A stretch of DNA of 61,698 bases from Actinomycetota bacterium (GTDB lineage Bacteria; Actinomycetota; CADDZG01; WHSQ01). Shown in pieces: positions 53,984 to 61,698 of this stretch. Within the stretch, counting starts at the first letter, position 1. Each line of letters starts with the position of its first letter. A program made the translations under genes and the position numbers. The notes under the pieces were generated by a model, which was not told the origin of the DNA, searched no databases, and saw nothing but the letters and a program-made list of their open reading frames with translations. The stretch spans positions 1 to 61,698 of the forward strand of contig DATLFS010000118.1 of assembly GCA_035540935.1 (NCBI GenBank), written 5' to 3'.

Positions 53984-55476
53984 ACTTCGGCTTGCTTGTC
54001 GATCTGTGCCTTCTGCAGCTTGCCGGAGAAATCGATCGCAACGGTCTTCCACTCGGTGAAGAAGTCGATCGAGGTCGGTCCCGCCTCCCGGTGACCGTTG
54101 CCGGTGTTCTTCATGCCTCCGAACGGAACCGATACCTCGGCGCCGATCGTGGGTGCGTTCACGTAAGCCAGGCCGAACGCGATCTCCTGCGCGAAGCGGA
54201 AGACGTTGGTGATGTCGTGCGTGTAGAGAGAGCAGGAAAGGCCGTACTGGACCGAGTTGGCGACCTCGATCGCTTCGTCGATCGAGGTGATCCCGATGAT
54301 GCCCGTGACGGGGCCGAAGATCTCTTCCTGCGCGATCCGCATCTCCGGCGTGACGTCCGTGAAAACGGTCGGAGCCACGAAGTAGCCGCCCTCGAAGTCC
54401 TCGCCGGTGAGCTCGTCTCCGCCGCAGAGCAACTTCGCGCCCTCTTGCTGGCCGAGTGCCACGTACTCGAGGATGCGGTTCTTCTGCTTCTCATTGATGA
54501 CCGGGGCCAGCTCGACGTCCGGATCGAGTCCGTTGCCGACCTTCATCGTGGTCACCCGATCCAGTAGACGTTCGGTGAAGGTCTCCCTCACGTCTTCGTG
54601 GACGATCAAACGGCTGGTCGCGGTGCAGCGTTGTCCCGAAGTGGCAAAGGCCCCCCAGGCCGCGCCTTCGACGGCGAGTTCGAGGTCGGCATCGGGCATC
54701 ACGATCTGCGCGTTCTTGCTGCCCAGCTCGAGCGACACACGCTTCATCTGCCGGCCGCAACGCTCGTTGATCATGCGGCCCACTTCGAGCGAACCCGTGA
54801 AAGAGATACCCGCGACGTCCGGATGGTCGACGAGGGCGGCGCCGGCTTCCTCGCCGTAGCCGTGGACCGTGTTCCACACGCCGGCCGGGAGGCCGACCTC
54901 GTCGAAGATGTCGGTGAGGATCGAGGCGCACAGCGGCACGTCTTCACCCGGCTTGAAGACGACGGTGCAGCCCGCCACGAGAGCGGCGAAGCCCTTCCAG
55001 GTCGGGATCGCGATCGGGAAGTTCCACGGCGTGATGAGGCCGACGACACCGATCGGGTGCCGGTACGTCATCTGCACCTTGTTGCGCAGCTCGCTCGGAA
55101 TGGTCTCTCCGAAGAGGCGGCGGCCTTCCCCCGTCATGTAGAAGGCGAAGTCGATCGCCTCCTGGATGTCGCCGCGCGACTCCTTGAGCGTCTTGCCCAT
55201 CTCGCGCGTCATGACGTGCGCTATCTCTTCCTTGCGCTCCTCGAGCTTGAGCCCGGCGCGCAAGACGTAGTCGGCGCGCTCGGGCACCGGCGTCATCATC
55301 CAGTCGCGGAAGGCATCCCGCGCGGCGCGAACCGCGGCGTCGACGTCGGCGGCATCTGCCTTGGCGAAGGTGCCGATGATCTCAGAGGAAGAAGCCGGGT
55401 TGCGGCTCTCGAACGTTTCGCCGGAGGCCGCTCCTGTCCACTCGCCGTTGATGTAGTTGCCGTAATCGGTACGCAT
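53980..55476 (-). CDS. NAD(P)-dependent aldehyde dehydrogenase (possibly P5C dehydrogenase, by context)
   Basis: PWNFP, ELGSKNA, GQRCTA catalytic Cys, EEIFGPV. A proline dehydrogenase gene is nearby. Confidence 0.85.
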   Translation of the reverse strand: MRTDYGNYINGEWTGAASGETFESRNPASSSEIIGTFAKADAADVDAAVRAARDAFRDWMMTPVPERADYVLRAGLKLEERKEEIAHVMTREMGKTLKESRGDIQEAIDFAFYMTGEGRRLFGETIPSELRNKVQMTYRHPIGVVGLITPWNFPIAIPTWKGFAALVAGCTVVFKPGEDVPLCASILTDIFDEVGLPAGVWNTVHGYGEEAGAALVDHPDVAGISFTGSLEVGRMINERCGRQMKRVSLELGSKNAQIVMPDADLELAVEGAAWGAFATSGQRCTATSRLIVHEDVRETFTERLLDRVTTMKVGNGLDPDVELAPVINEKQKNRILEYVALGQQEGAKLLCGGDELTGEDFEGGYFVAPTVFTDVTPEMRIAQEEIFGPVTGIIGITSIDEAIEVANSVQYGLSCSLYTHDITNVFRFAQEIAFGLAYVNAPTIGAEVSVPFGGMKNTGNGHREAGPTSIDFFTEWKTVAIDFSGKLQKAQIDKQAEV

Positions 55477-55529
55477 TCTGCGGGCTCCCATCGATCGGTC
55501 GTGCGGAAGGGTCATCCTACGACCGGCGC

Positions 55530-56255
55530 CTAGCGCACCTCGATCTCGACCCGCTTGTTCGCCCGGCCCTTCGACTTGTAGTTCGTCACGGCGAAGCCAC
55601 CGACCTCATCCGTGCGCGCCACGTGCGTGCCGCCGTCGGCCTGTCGATCGAGACCCTCGATCGTCACCACGCGCACCTCGCGGATGTCCTTGGGCAGGAG
55701 GTTGATCTTGGTCCGGATGAGATCGGGATCGTGATCCGCGGCATCCCGCCCTAGGAACTCCACCGATATCGGGCGCGCGGCGGCGATCTCCGCGTTCACC
55801 TTGTCCTCGATCTCTCGCACCAGCTCCGCCTTCATGTTCTCGAACTCGAAGTCCATCCGCGCGCGACCCGGTTCCATGTTCCCGCCGGTCACCTTGGCGT
55901 CGAAGTCCCTCCAGATGACCCCACAAAGGATGTGAAGTGCGGTGTGCGTCCGCATCAACAGGTGACGCCGTTCCCAGTCGATGACGCCCCTCACCTCGTC
56001 GCCCTCCGCGGGGAGGAAGCCGTCGAGCTCGTGCCACACGAGCGGCCCCTCCCGCCGCACCCCGGTGACGGCCGCCGTGCGGCCCCCGCCCTCGAGCCTT
56101 TCGGTGTCGTGCGGCTGCCCGCCGCCGGTGGGATAGAAGGCGGTGCGGTCGAGGGCGACGCGCATCCCCCTCTCATCGACCGCAACGACGCGCGCTTCGA
56201 AGTCGCGCAGATACGCGTCTCGCTGATAGAGGAGGTCGGTCGGCGCATTCGTCAT
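55530..56255 (-). CDS. Alanyl-tRNA editing protein AlaX (AlaXM type)
   Basis: HTALHIL zinc motif, the second-site GGTH region and the tRNA_SAD domain. 241 aa. Confidence 0.8.
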   Translation of the reverse strand: MTNAPTDLLYQRDAYLRDFEARVVAVDERGMRVALDRTAFYPTGGGQPHDTERLEGGGRTAAVTGVRREGPLVWHELDGFLPAEGDEVRGVIDWERRHLLMRTHTALHILCGVIWRDFDAKVTGGNMEPGRARMDFEFENMKAELVREIEDKVNAEIAAARPISVEFLGRDAADHDPDLIRTKINLLPKDIREVRVVTIEGLDRQADGGTHVARTDEVGGFAVTNYKSKGRANKRVEIEVR

Positions 56256-56350
56256 GCGAGATGTCTCCCTGGTGGACCAGCCGGACCCGCGAAGGCGACG
56301 CCTATGATTGCAGGTCGAGTCATCCCCTGCGGAATGGGAAGGACAGGCAC

Positions 56351-57262
56351 GTGCTCGGCCGAATGCTCCTGTGGGCGTCAGAGAGGAAGCGCGTCGAACG
56401 CTTCCTCACGCAGGGCAGACTCACCAGCCCGGTGGTGGAGCGATTCGTCGCCGGCGCTCGGCTCGACGACGCGATCGAGGCGATCCGGCGGCTGAACGAA
56501 GACGGCATCGGCGGGATCCTCGACCTCCTCGGCGAGGGTGTGACCGACCCCGCCGGCGCCGCCCAAGCCTTCGATGAGTACCTCGAGTCGATCAAGAGGA
56601 TCGACGAGACGGGCATCGACACCACCGTGGCCATCAAGCTCACGCAACTCGGTCTGGCCTTCGACAAGGGCCAGTGCATCGACTACGTCAGGCGGCTCGG
56701 AGCCGAAGCGCAAGCGATCGGGACCTATGTCGAGATCGATATGGAGCAGTCGGCATACGTGGACGACACGCTCGATGTCTACCGGCTGCTCAAGGCCGAC
56801 TTCGACGACCTGCGCCTCGCCATGCAGGCCTACCTGCGGAGGACGCCGGTCGATCTCGAAGCGATGAGCGATCTCAGGCCCAAGGTGCGGCTGGTGAAGG
56901 GTGCGTATGCCGAACCGGAGGAGATCGCGCTGCAGAAGAGGAAGGAGATCGACAACCAGTTCCGCTTCATCACGGAGTGGCTCTTCGATCGCGGCGACGA
57001 CCCCGGTATCGCCACCCACGACTCACGACTGATCCTCTACGCACGCGCCGCCGCGCTCGAGCGCAACCTCGACCGGACCTCGTTCGAGATCCAGATGCTG
57101 TACGGCGTCCGGCACGACCTCCAACGAGAGCTGGCACGCGAGGGGCATCGCGTCCGCTGCTACGTGCCCTTCGGGTCGGCCTGGTACCCCTACCTGATGC
57201 GGCGGCTCGCGGAGCGGCCGGCGAACCTGCGTTTCTTCCTGCGCGCCGTCGTCGGCCGCTGA
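56351..57262 (+). CDS. Proline dehydrogenase (monofunctional)
   Basis: RFVAG...LDLLGEG, the VKGAY motif and the C-terminal PYLMRRLAERPAN. An alternative ATG is at 56363. Confidence 0.85.
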   Translation: MLGRMLLWASERKRVERFLTQGRLTSPVVERFVAGARLDDAIEAIRRLNEDGIGGILDLLGEGVTDPAGAAQAFDEYLESIKRIDETGIDTTVAIKLTQLGLAFDKGQCIDYVRRLGAEAQAIGTYVEIDMEQSAYVDDTLDVYRLLKADFDDLRLAMQAYLRRTPVDLEAMSDLRPKVRLVKGAYAEPEEIALQKRKEIDNQFRFITEWLFDRGDDPGIATHDSRLILYARAAALERNLDRTSFEIQMLYGVRHDLQRELAREGHRVRCYVPFGSAWYPYLMRRLAERPANLRFFLRAVVGR

Positions 57263-57271
57263 GCGCGAGAA

Positions 57272-57357
57272 GGGCCCCAGAAACCTCCGACCGGAGACGT
57301 TCCTCGTGCACTTCCCCACACACGAGGTTCGACGCCGCGCTTCGGCTTCTGGGGCCC
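57272..57357 (+). other. 86-nt multi-stem RNA-like structure immediately 3' of the proline dehydrogenase gene
   Basis: Closing 11-bp helix GGGCCCCAGAA / TTCTGGGGCCC encloses hairpins CCTCGTG..CACGAGG and GCCG..CGGC. Confidence 0.3.
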
Positions 57358-57501
57358 GGAACCGAGTGCCGCTCGAGCGAGAAACCCTCGGAACGAGCGA
57401 CAACATAGAGGCGCGCCGTTCAACGCGTCAAGAACGCGAAGGTGCTGCTCATGCGGCAAAAACCCAGGTCAAAGCGGTGCAAGTTTTTTTCGCGTTCGGA
57501 C

Positions 57502-58743
57502 TCAACAGGTGCATGCTTCGGGGGCTTGCTCCTCGAGGAGGCACTCGTAGAGATCGAGCATCGCGGCGGCCGAGCGGGACCACGAATACACCGCCGCAGA
57601 TCGCGCCGCGGCGCGCCCGAAGGCGGCGCGGGTGTCCTCGTCCGCAAGCACCTGCTTGAGTTGAGCCGCGAAAGCGGCCGCATCCCGCTCTTCCACCACG
57701 AAGCCGCCGACCCCGCCGCGGACCAGGTGCGTCAGACCTCCGACCGCGGTTCCCACGACCGGGGTTCCGCTCGCCATCGCCTCGAGTCCCACGAGACCGA
57801 ACGACTCGGAATAAGAACAGACGAGGACCGCATCGGCCGCGCGGTAATACGTCGGCAGGCGATCGTGCGGTTGCGGACCGGCGAAGCGAACGTTCTCCTC
57901 GATCCCGAGAGCGCGCGCTCTCGCCATCAGGCGCTCCATCTCGGAGCGGCCCGCCGGTCCGCTCGGTCCGCCGACGACGGCGAGCGAGACGGGACGGTCG
58001 AGCGCCGGAACCAACTCGGCGACCGTATCGATCGCGAGGTCGAGCCCCTTGAGCGGCTGGATGCGACCCGCCGCGAGGAGCACGAGCTCGTCCTCGATGC
58101 CGAGCTCGCGACGCGCCGCCGCCCGGTCGCCCGGGGCGAAACGCTCGTGGTCGACGCCGGGCGCGATCGTCTTGATCCGGTCGTGCGGCGCGCCGTACAT
58201 GCAGACGAGATGCGCCTGCTCCTCCTCGGTGAGAGTGACGAGGACGTCGGCGGCTGCGATCACACTCTGCTCCGCTTCGATCCGGTAGGCGGCCTCCGGC
58301 GCGTCGCCGGGGGCGAGGTACATGTTCTTGACCCGTCCGAGCGTGTGGTGCGAATGCACGAGCGGAACGCTCCATCCGCGCGCCAAGGCGGTCGCGGCAA
58401 GGCCCCCCTGCCAATAATGCGAGTGCACCAGGTCGTAACGAGCGCGCTGTGAGGAGGCGAAGGCGCGGACCGAGACCACGAAATCGGCGATGTAGCGGCG
58501 CTGCTCTTCCTTCGGGATGATCTCCTCCGGCCCGGCCGGGAGGGCGATGACACGGGTTCCGCGTCCGAGATGTGAGATCCGTGAGCTCTCGCCTGTGGAT
58601 CGCGTGAAGATGTCGGTGTGAACGCCGCGGCGCGCCATCTCCCTTGCGAGCGCGCGTACGTAGATGCTCATGCCTCCCGCGTCGCCCGACCCCGGCTCGT
58701 TCAGCGGATTCGAGTGATACGCGACGACGGCGACTCGCATCAT
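57502..58743 (-). CDS. GT4 family glycosyltransferase (MshA-like)
   Basis: N-terminus MRVAVVAYHSNPLNEPGSGDAGGMSIYV resembles MshA. C-terminal E-x7-E region (ESFGLVGLEAMASG). Confidence 0.8.
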   Translation of the reverse strand: MMRVAVVAYHSNPLNEPGSGDAGGMSIYVRALAREMARRGVHTDIFTRSTGESSRISHLGRGTRVIALPAGPEEIIPKEEQRRYIADFVVSVRAFASSQRARYDLVHSHYWQGGLAATALARGWSVPLVHSHHTLGRVKNMYLAPGDAPEAAYRIEAEQSVIAAADVLVTLTEEEQAHLVCMYGAPHDRIKTIAPGVDHERFAPGDRAAARRELGIEDELVLLAAGRIQPLKGLDLAIDTVAELVPALDRPVSLAVVGGPSGPAGRSEMERLMARARALGIEENVRFAGPQPHDRLPTYYRAADAVLVCSYSESFGLVGLEAMASGTPVVGTAVGGLTHLVRGGVGGFVVEERDAAAFAAQLKQVLADEDTRAAFGRAAARSAAVYSWSRSAAAMLDLYECLLEEQAPEACTC

Positions 58744-59774
58744 CGCGGTGAGGCGACGCGCAGGTTGTTGAGTGGGACCGGCTGCGCTCCCAGGCGGTAC
58801 TTGTAGCGCTCCGGGCCCCGTAGGAAGTCGAAGATCCTCACGCCGCGTTCGATGCCGTCCCGGATCTGCTCCGATACGAGCATCAAGCCAGGCGACAGCC
58901 GCCGGACCTCCTCCTCGAAAGCGGAGTTGTAGAGATACAGGACGCGATCGACCTCGAAGCCGAAGGTGGTCGCCACCGGAACGCCGCCGATCTCGAGGAA
59001 ATCGAGGCGCAGCCATCCGCGCGCCATGAAAGAACGCGCCACGCGCTCGAAGAAGGTCGCGATCTCGGGACGCATGAAGTGGCCCTTCAACCCTTCCGCG
59101 CCCCGATGCATCTCGACGAACACCTTGAGGTCTTGCTCAAGCGTGTCGGGGGACGACGTGCGGAAGGTGGCATCGGGGTATTCCCGCGCCAGTCGCCGGC
59201 GCTTGCGCTTGAGCTCGTGCCGATCCTTCCCTTCGAGCATCGCGAGGTACTCGTCCCAAGAAGAAGGAAGAGGAAGGAGGGCGGAGGTTTCCTCCTGTTC
59301 GAGGGAGAAGTCGAGCCCTGCGCGGTCGACCCGTTCGACAAGGACCTCACCGAAGCCGAACGGTACCGGCATGTTGTGGGCGTCGAATTCGTCCCACTCA
59401 ACGTCGGTCTCGAGGAGCCAGCCGACGAGCGACTCGGCCACCGCGGCTTGGTGTTCGGGCGCCGTGATCGGGCCGAGGTAATCGGTGAGGTCGATGCCGC
59501 CGACGAAGCGCAGGATCCGCCGGTGGCCTTCGTGCTTACGGTAAAGCCCGACGACGGCGACCACCTCGCCGGCACGCTTCATCGTGAGCACGAACAGATC
59601 CTTGCCGGCGCCGAACTCCTCCCACCACAACCGATTCCATTCGGGGGTGGCGAAGATGTGGCGGTGAGGATCGCGTCTCAAGACCTGCGGCCACGCGGGC
59701 AGATCGAAACAACCTTCGCCGCGATCGACGTGCACGTCGAGAGGCATCGTCACCGTCCTTGGAACCACGATCAT
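58740..59774 (-). CDS. GNAT-fold acetyltransferase (CelD/BioF2-like, Acetyltransf_6)
   Basis: C-terminal LSPGLMLVSEQIRDGIERGVRIFDFLRGPERYKYRLGA. ATGA overlap with the GT4 gene. Confidence 0.7.
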   Translation of the reverse strand: MIVVPRTVTMPLDVHVDRGEGCFDLPAWPQVLRRDPHRHIFATPEWNRLWWEEFGAGKDLFVLTMKRAGEVVAVVGLYRKHEGHRRILRFVGGIDLTDYLGPITAPEHQAAVAESLVGWLLETDVEWDEFDAHNMPVPFGFGEVLVERVDRAGLDFSLEQEETSALLPLPSSWDEYLAMLEGKDRHELKRKRRRLAREYPDATFRTSSPDTLEQDLKVFVEMHRGAEGLKGHFMRPEIATFFERVARSFMARGWLRLDFLEIGGVPVATTFGFEVDRVLYLYNSAFEEEVRRLSPGLMLVSEQIRDGIERGVRIFDFLRGPERYKYRLGAQPVPLNNLRVASPR

Positions 59775-59814
59775 GGAGTCGTTGTTCCCCTTCCGTAGCC
59801 GGGCACGCCCGCCG

Positions 59815-59849
59815 TGAAAGAAAAGAGCCCGCCCGTGAGGGGCGGGCTC
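59815..59849 (-). terminator. Rho-independent terminator after the HbhA-like gene
   Basis: On the minus strand: GAGCCCGCCC-CTCAC-GGGCGGGCTC followed by TTTTCTTTC. Confidence 0.7.
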
Positions 59850-59867
59850 TCAACCACCGAGAGGCAC

Positions 59868-60173
59868 TTACGAGGCCTTCGCGGTCTTGGACGCAGCGGA
59901 CTTGGTGGCACGCGTGTTGGCGCGCACCGCCTTGCCGACGCTGGTGGCAGCCGCCTTGACCTGCGAGCGGGCGGTCTTGCTCTGCTCGACCGCCTGCTTG
60001 GTCGCGGCCGAGCTCTTGATCTTGGTCGTGAGCGTCTTGCCGCGCTTGACGAAGTCCTTGTAGAGCTTGCTCGTCACCTTGCGGTCGGCGAGCTTGCCGG
60101 CGTCCTTCACCTTCGCGACCGCGAAGTCACCGGCGCCGACCACCGCGTACAGCACATCCTGTGCCTTGGCCAT
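59868..60173 (-). CDS. HbhA-like (heparin-binding hemagglutinin family) Lys/Ala-rich protein
   Basis: AAGGAGG RBS. N-terminus VLYAVVGAGDFAVAKV resembles the HbhA N-terminus; Lys/Ala/Thr-rich tail. Next to an XRE gene, as in mycobacteria. Confidence 0.55.
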   Translation of the reverse strand: MAKAQDVLYAVVGAGDFAVAKVKDAGKLADRKVTSKLYKDFVKRGKTLTTKIKSSAATKQAVEQSKTARSQVKAAATSVGKAVRANTRATKSAASKTAKAS

Positions 60174-60317
60174 CTCTTCACCTCCTTGTCTTGCCGTAGT
60201 CATGTGTGAAAGGGGCTGACGGGAATCCGGAGTCAGAGCCGAACCTCGTCGACGATGACGCCGCCGCGATCCGGCACCGGGTGGGGGGTGAAGAGGCTCC
60301 GGGATCCCCGTCAGATC

Positions 60318-60716
60318 TCAACGTTTCGGTTCGCTTCCCTCCTCGCCGGCCTTCAGCTCGTGGACCGAGACCGGAGCATCGCTCGGGAGGTCGTTCGCCT
60401 CCCGAAAGGCTCGGTAGGTGTCGATGAGGTTCTGCTTCTGCCGCTCTGTGATGTAGGGGTCCTTGAGGATCTCCGCCTCGAGATCGTGATCGCGCTCCTC
60501 GTCGAGGATGCCCGCGCGTACGTAGAGCGTCTCGGCCGAGATTCGAAGCGCCCTCGCGATCGCCTGCAGGATCTCGGCCGACGGTTTCCTCAGGCCCCGC
60601 TCGATCTGCGACAGGTAGGGATTGGAGATGCCGGCGAGATCGGACAGCTTGCGCAGCGACAGGCGGGAGCTGCGGCGCTGCTCCCGGATGAAGGCGCCGA
60701 GCTCGGCCAGCTTCAT
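60318..60716 (-). CDS. XRE family transcriptional regulator
   Basis: HTH LRKLSDLAGISNPYLSQIERGLRKPSAEIL. Start chosen at MKLAELG. Confidence 0.85.
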   Translation of the reverse strand: MKLAELGAFIREQRRSSRLSLRKLSDLAGISNPYLSQIERGLRKPSAEILQAIARALRISAETLYVRAGILDEERDHDLEAEILKDPYITERQKQNLIDTYRAFREANDLPSDAPVSVHELKAGEEGSEPKR

Positions 60717-60940
60717 CCTGCCTTGGCTCACCCGCCCTCCCCTCGTCGTCGACCACCTACCGCTAACTACGATACGCGGAAGTTTTAACACTTGCAAGCA
60801 ACGCAGGAGGTCGGGCGGGCAGGTCAAGAACGATGCTTGGCACGTCGACACTCTGGGTAGGCACTAGACGGCTGCTGCTGACTACAGAGCGTGGCGAATC
60901 GGTTACACTTCGCGAACGCAATCGCCGGGGGGTTGACGGA

Positions 60941-61698
60941 GTGGTGCAAGCAACGAGAACGGGTCGATCGGCTCTCCTTCAGGGAGCGCTCGCCGCCGTC
61001 CTCTCCGGAAGCCTCGTCCTCTTCGCCGTGCTCGCGACCTCGATCGCGTTTGAGGCGCGTCGTCGTTCCGGCCTCGCACCCGTAGTGCCCTCCCAGCGCG
61101 GCGTCGCGATCTCTCTCCCGGATCCTGTCGCCGACGCGGCAGCGACCACGGGCCCGCTCCTCGAGCCCATCCTCGGGCCTACTTTCGCGGCGCTGGTCGA
61201 CGCGTCGACCACCGGCGCCGCACCTTTCGCGCTGGCGCAAGCACCCGACGCGGGGACGACCGGTGGGGGTTCCAACGGCGGGCTCGGCGCGCCGGTGGCA
61301 GGCGATACCGGCGATCGCGGGAGGCCCCGCCTGAGCGGTTCCGGGCGTCTCGACCCGCGTTCGGGCCCCGGCCGGCCGGGCGGCAACGTGGACGAGCCGT
61401 CGCGTGAGGGTGCGACTGATTCCGATGTGGAGCCGCAGCGCGCACGCACGACCGACGACGATCAGAAGAAGGCGAAGAAGAGCGACGGCAAGGACGCGCA
61501 GGGCAAGGGTTCGACGGGGGCCGGAGGTGGCAAGCCGCCCAAGGCAACCGGCGGGACCGGCTCACCCAGCTCCGGTGGCAAGGGGAAGAAAGGTGCTTCG
61601 GGCGGCGGAGGATCCAAGCCTTCGTCGGCCTCAAAGCCGTCGCAATCCGGTGGTGGCAAGTCCGGCGGCGGGAAGTCCGACTCCGGTAAGTCCGGCGG
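60941..61698 (+). CDS. Partial CDS (3' end off the window): membrane-anchored protein with a Gly/Lys/Ser-rich low-complexity tail
   Basis: Frame is open from the GTG at 60941 to the window end. TM helix ALLQGALAAVLSGSLVLFAVLATSIAF, later GGKS/GKG repeats. Absent from the ORF track because it has no stop codon. Confidence 0.45.
   Translation, partial: MVQATRTGRSALLQGALAAVLSGSLVLFAVLATSIAFEARRRSGLAPVVPSQRGVAISLPDPVADAAATTGPLLEPILGPTFAALVDASTTGAAPFALAQAPDAGTTGGGSNGGLGAPVAGDTGDRGRPRLSGSGRLDPRSGPGRPGGNVDEPSREGATDSDVEPQRARTTDDDQKKAKKSDGKDAQGKGSTGAGGGKPPKATGGTGSPSSGGKGKKGASGGGGSKPSSASKPSQSGGGKSGGGKSDSGKSG

Noticed and set aside
57478-57492. The T7 tract (gcaagtttttttcgc) as an intrinsic terminator for the proline dehydrogenase or GT4 genes.
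   Set aside because: I could not find a convincing GC-rich stem immediately upstream on either strand. Only weak A/T pairing (AAAAAC...GTTTTT) is present.
1-61698. Searched by eye for CRISPR arrays, tRNA or rRNA genes, IS elements or transposases, toxin-antitoxin pairs and known defence-system hallmarks.
   Set aside because: There are no regularly spaced direct repeats, no cloverleaf-like or rRNA-like segments, and no transposase, integrase or nuclease/helicase defence-type ORFs. The window is a core respiratory and biosynthetic region.

Overview
High-GC (about 70%) chromosomal segment of actinobacterial type, judged from WhiB, Rex, a bS22-like micro-protein, MarP-like, HbhA-like and MshA-like genes. 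There are no rRNA or tRNA genes, CRISPR arrays, transposases or integrases. The window is dominated by aerobic respiratory-chain genes. (1) ctaA and ctaB (heme A and heme O synthases). (2) A 7-gene minus-strand caa3-type cytochrome oxidase operon: ctaC with fused cytochrome c, ctaD, ctaE, subunit IV, CtaG, a membrane cupredoxin and a second CtaG. (3) A roughly 10 kb, 13-gene plus-strand operon that appears translationally coupled. It carries a variant System I cytochrome c maturation set (ccmE with CPSKF instead of HDENY, ccmF, a ccmH-like gene with CX7C, ccmA, B, C, D) interrupted by non-canonical genes, including two paralogous lipoproteins with M15 peptidase domains between ccmB and ccmC. 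(4) A 7-gene Rieske/cytochrome b6-type operon: split b6 plus subunit IV, Rieske, di-heme c, a cytoplasmic 2x[4Fe-4S] ferredoxin-like protein and three unassigned membrane proteins. This operon is my top candidate for an undescribed system. The rest of the window holds a Gram-positive-type Tad/Flp pilus locus, a rex-hemACDBL operon with a perfect Rex operator, ccdA/resA-like genes, and housekeeping or metabolic genes (FadD-like, PlsC-like, epimerase, SAM hydrolase, whiB, SDR, MarP-like protease, deacetylase, ALDH, AlaX, proline dehydrogenase, GT4, GNAT, an HbhA-like/XRE pair). Two real-looking genes are too short for the ORF track: a 33-codon bS22-type ribosomal protein and a 43-codon ccmD. Many long ORFs in the track are antisense or N-terminally over-extended high-GC artefacts. 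Start codons were chosen by eye from overlap or coupling, RBS and family N-termini, and may be off by a few codons. No database search was possible, so all family calls rest on motifs I recognise.
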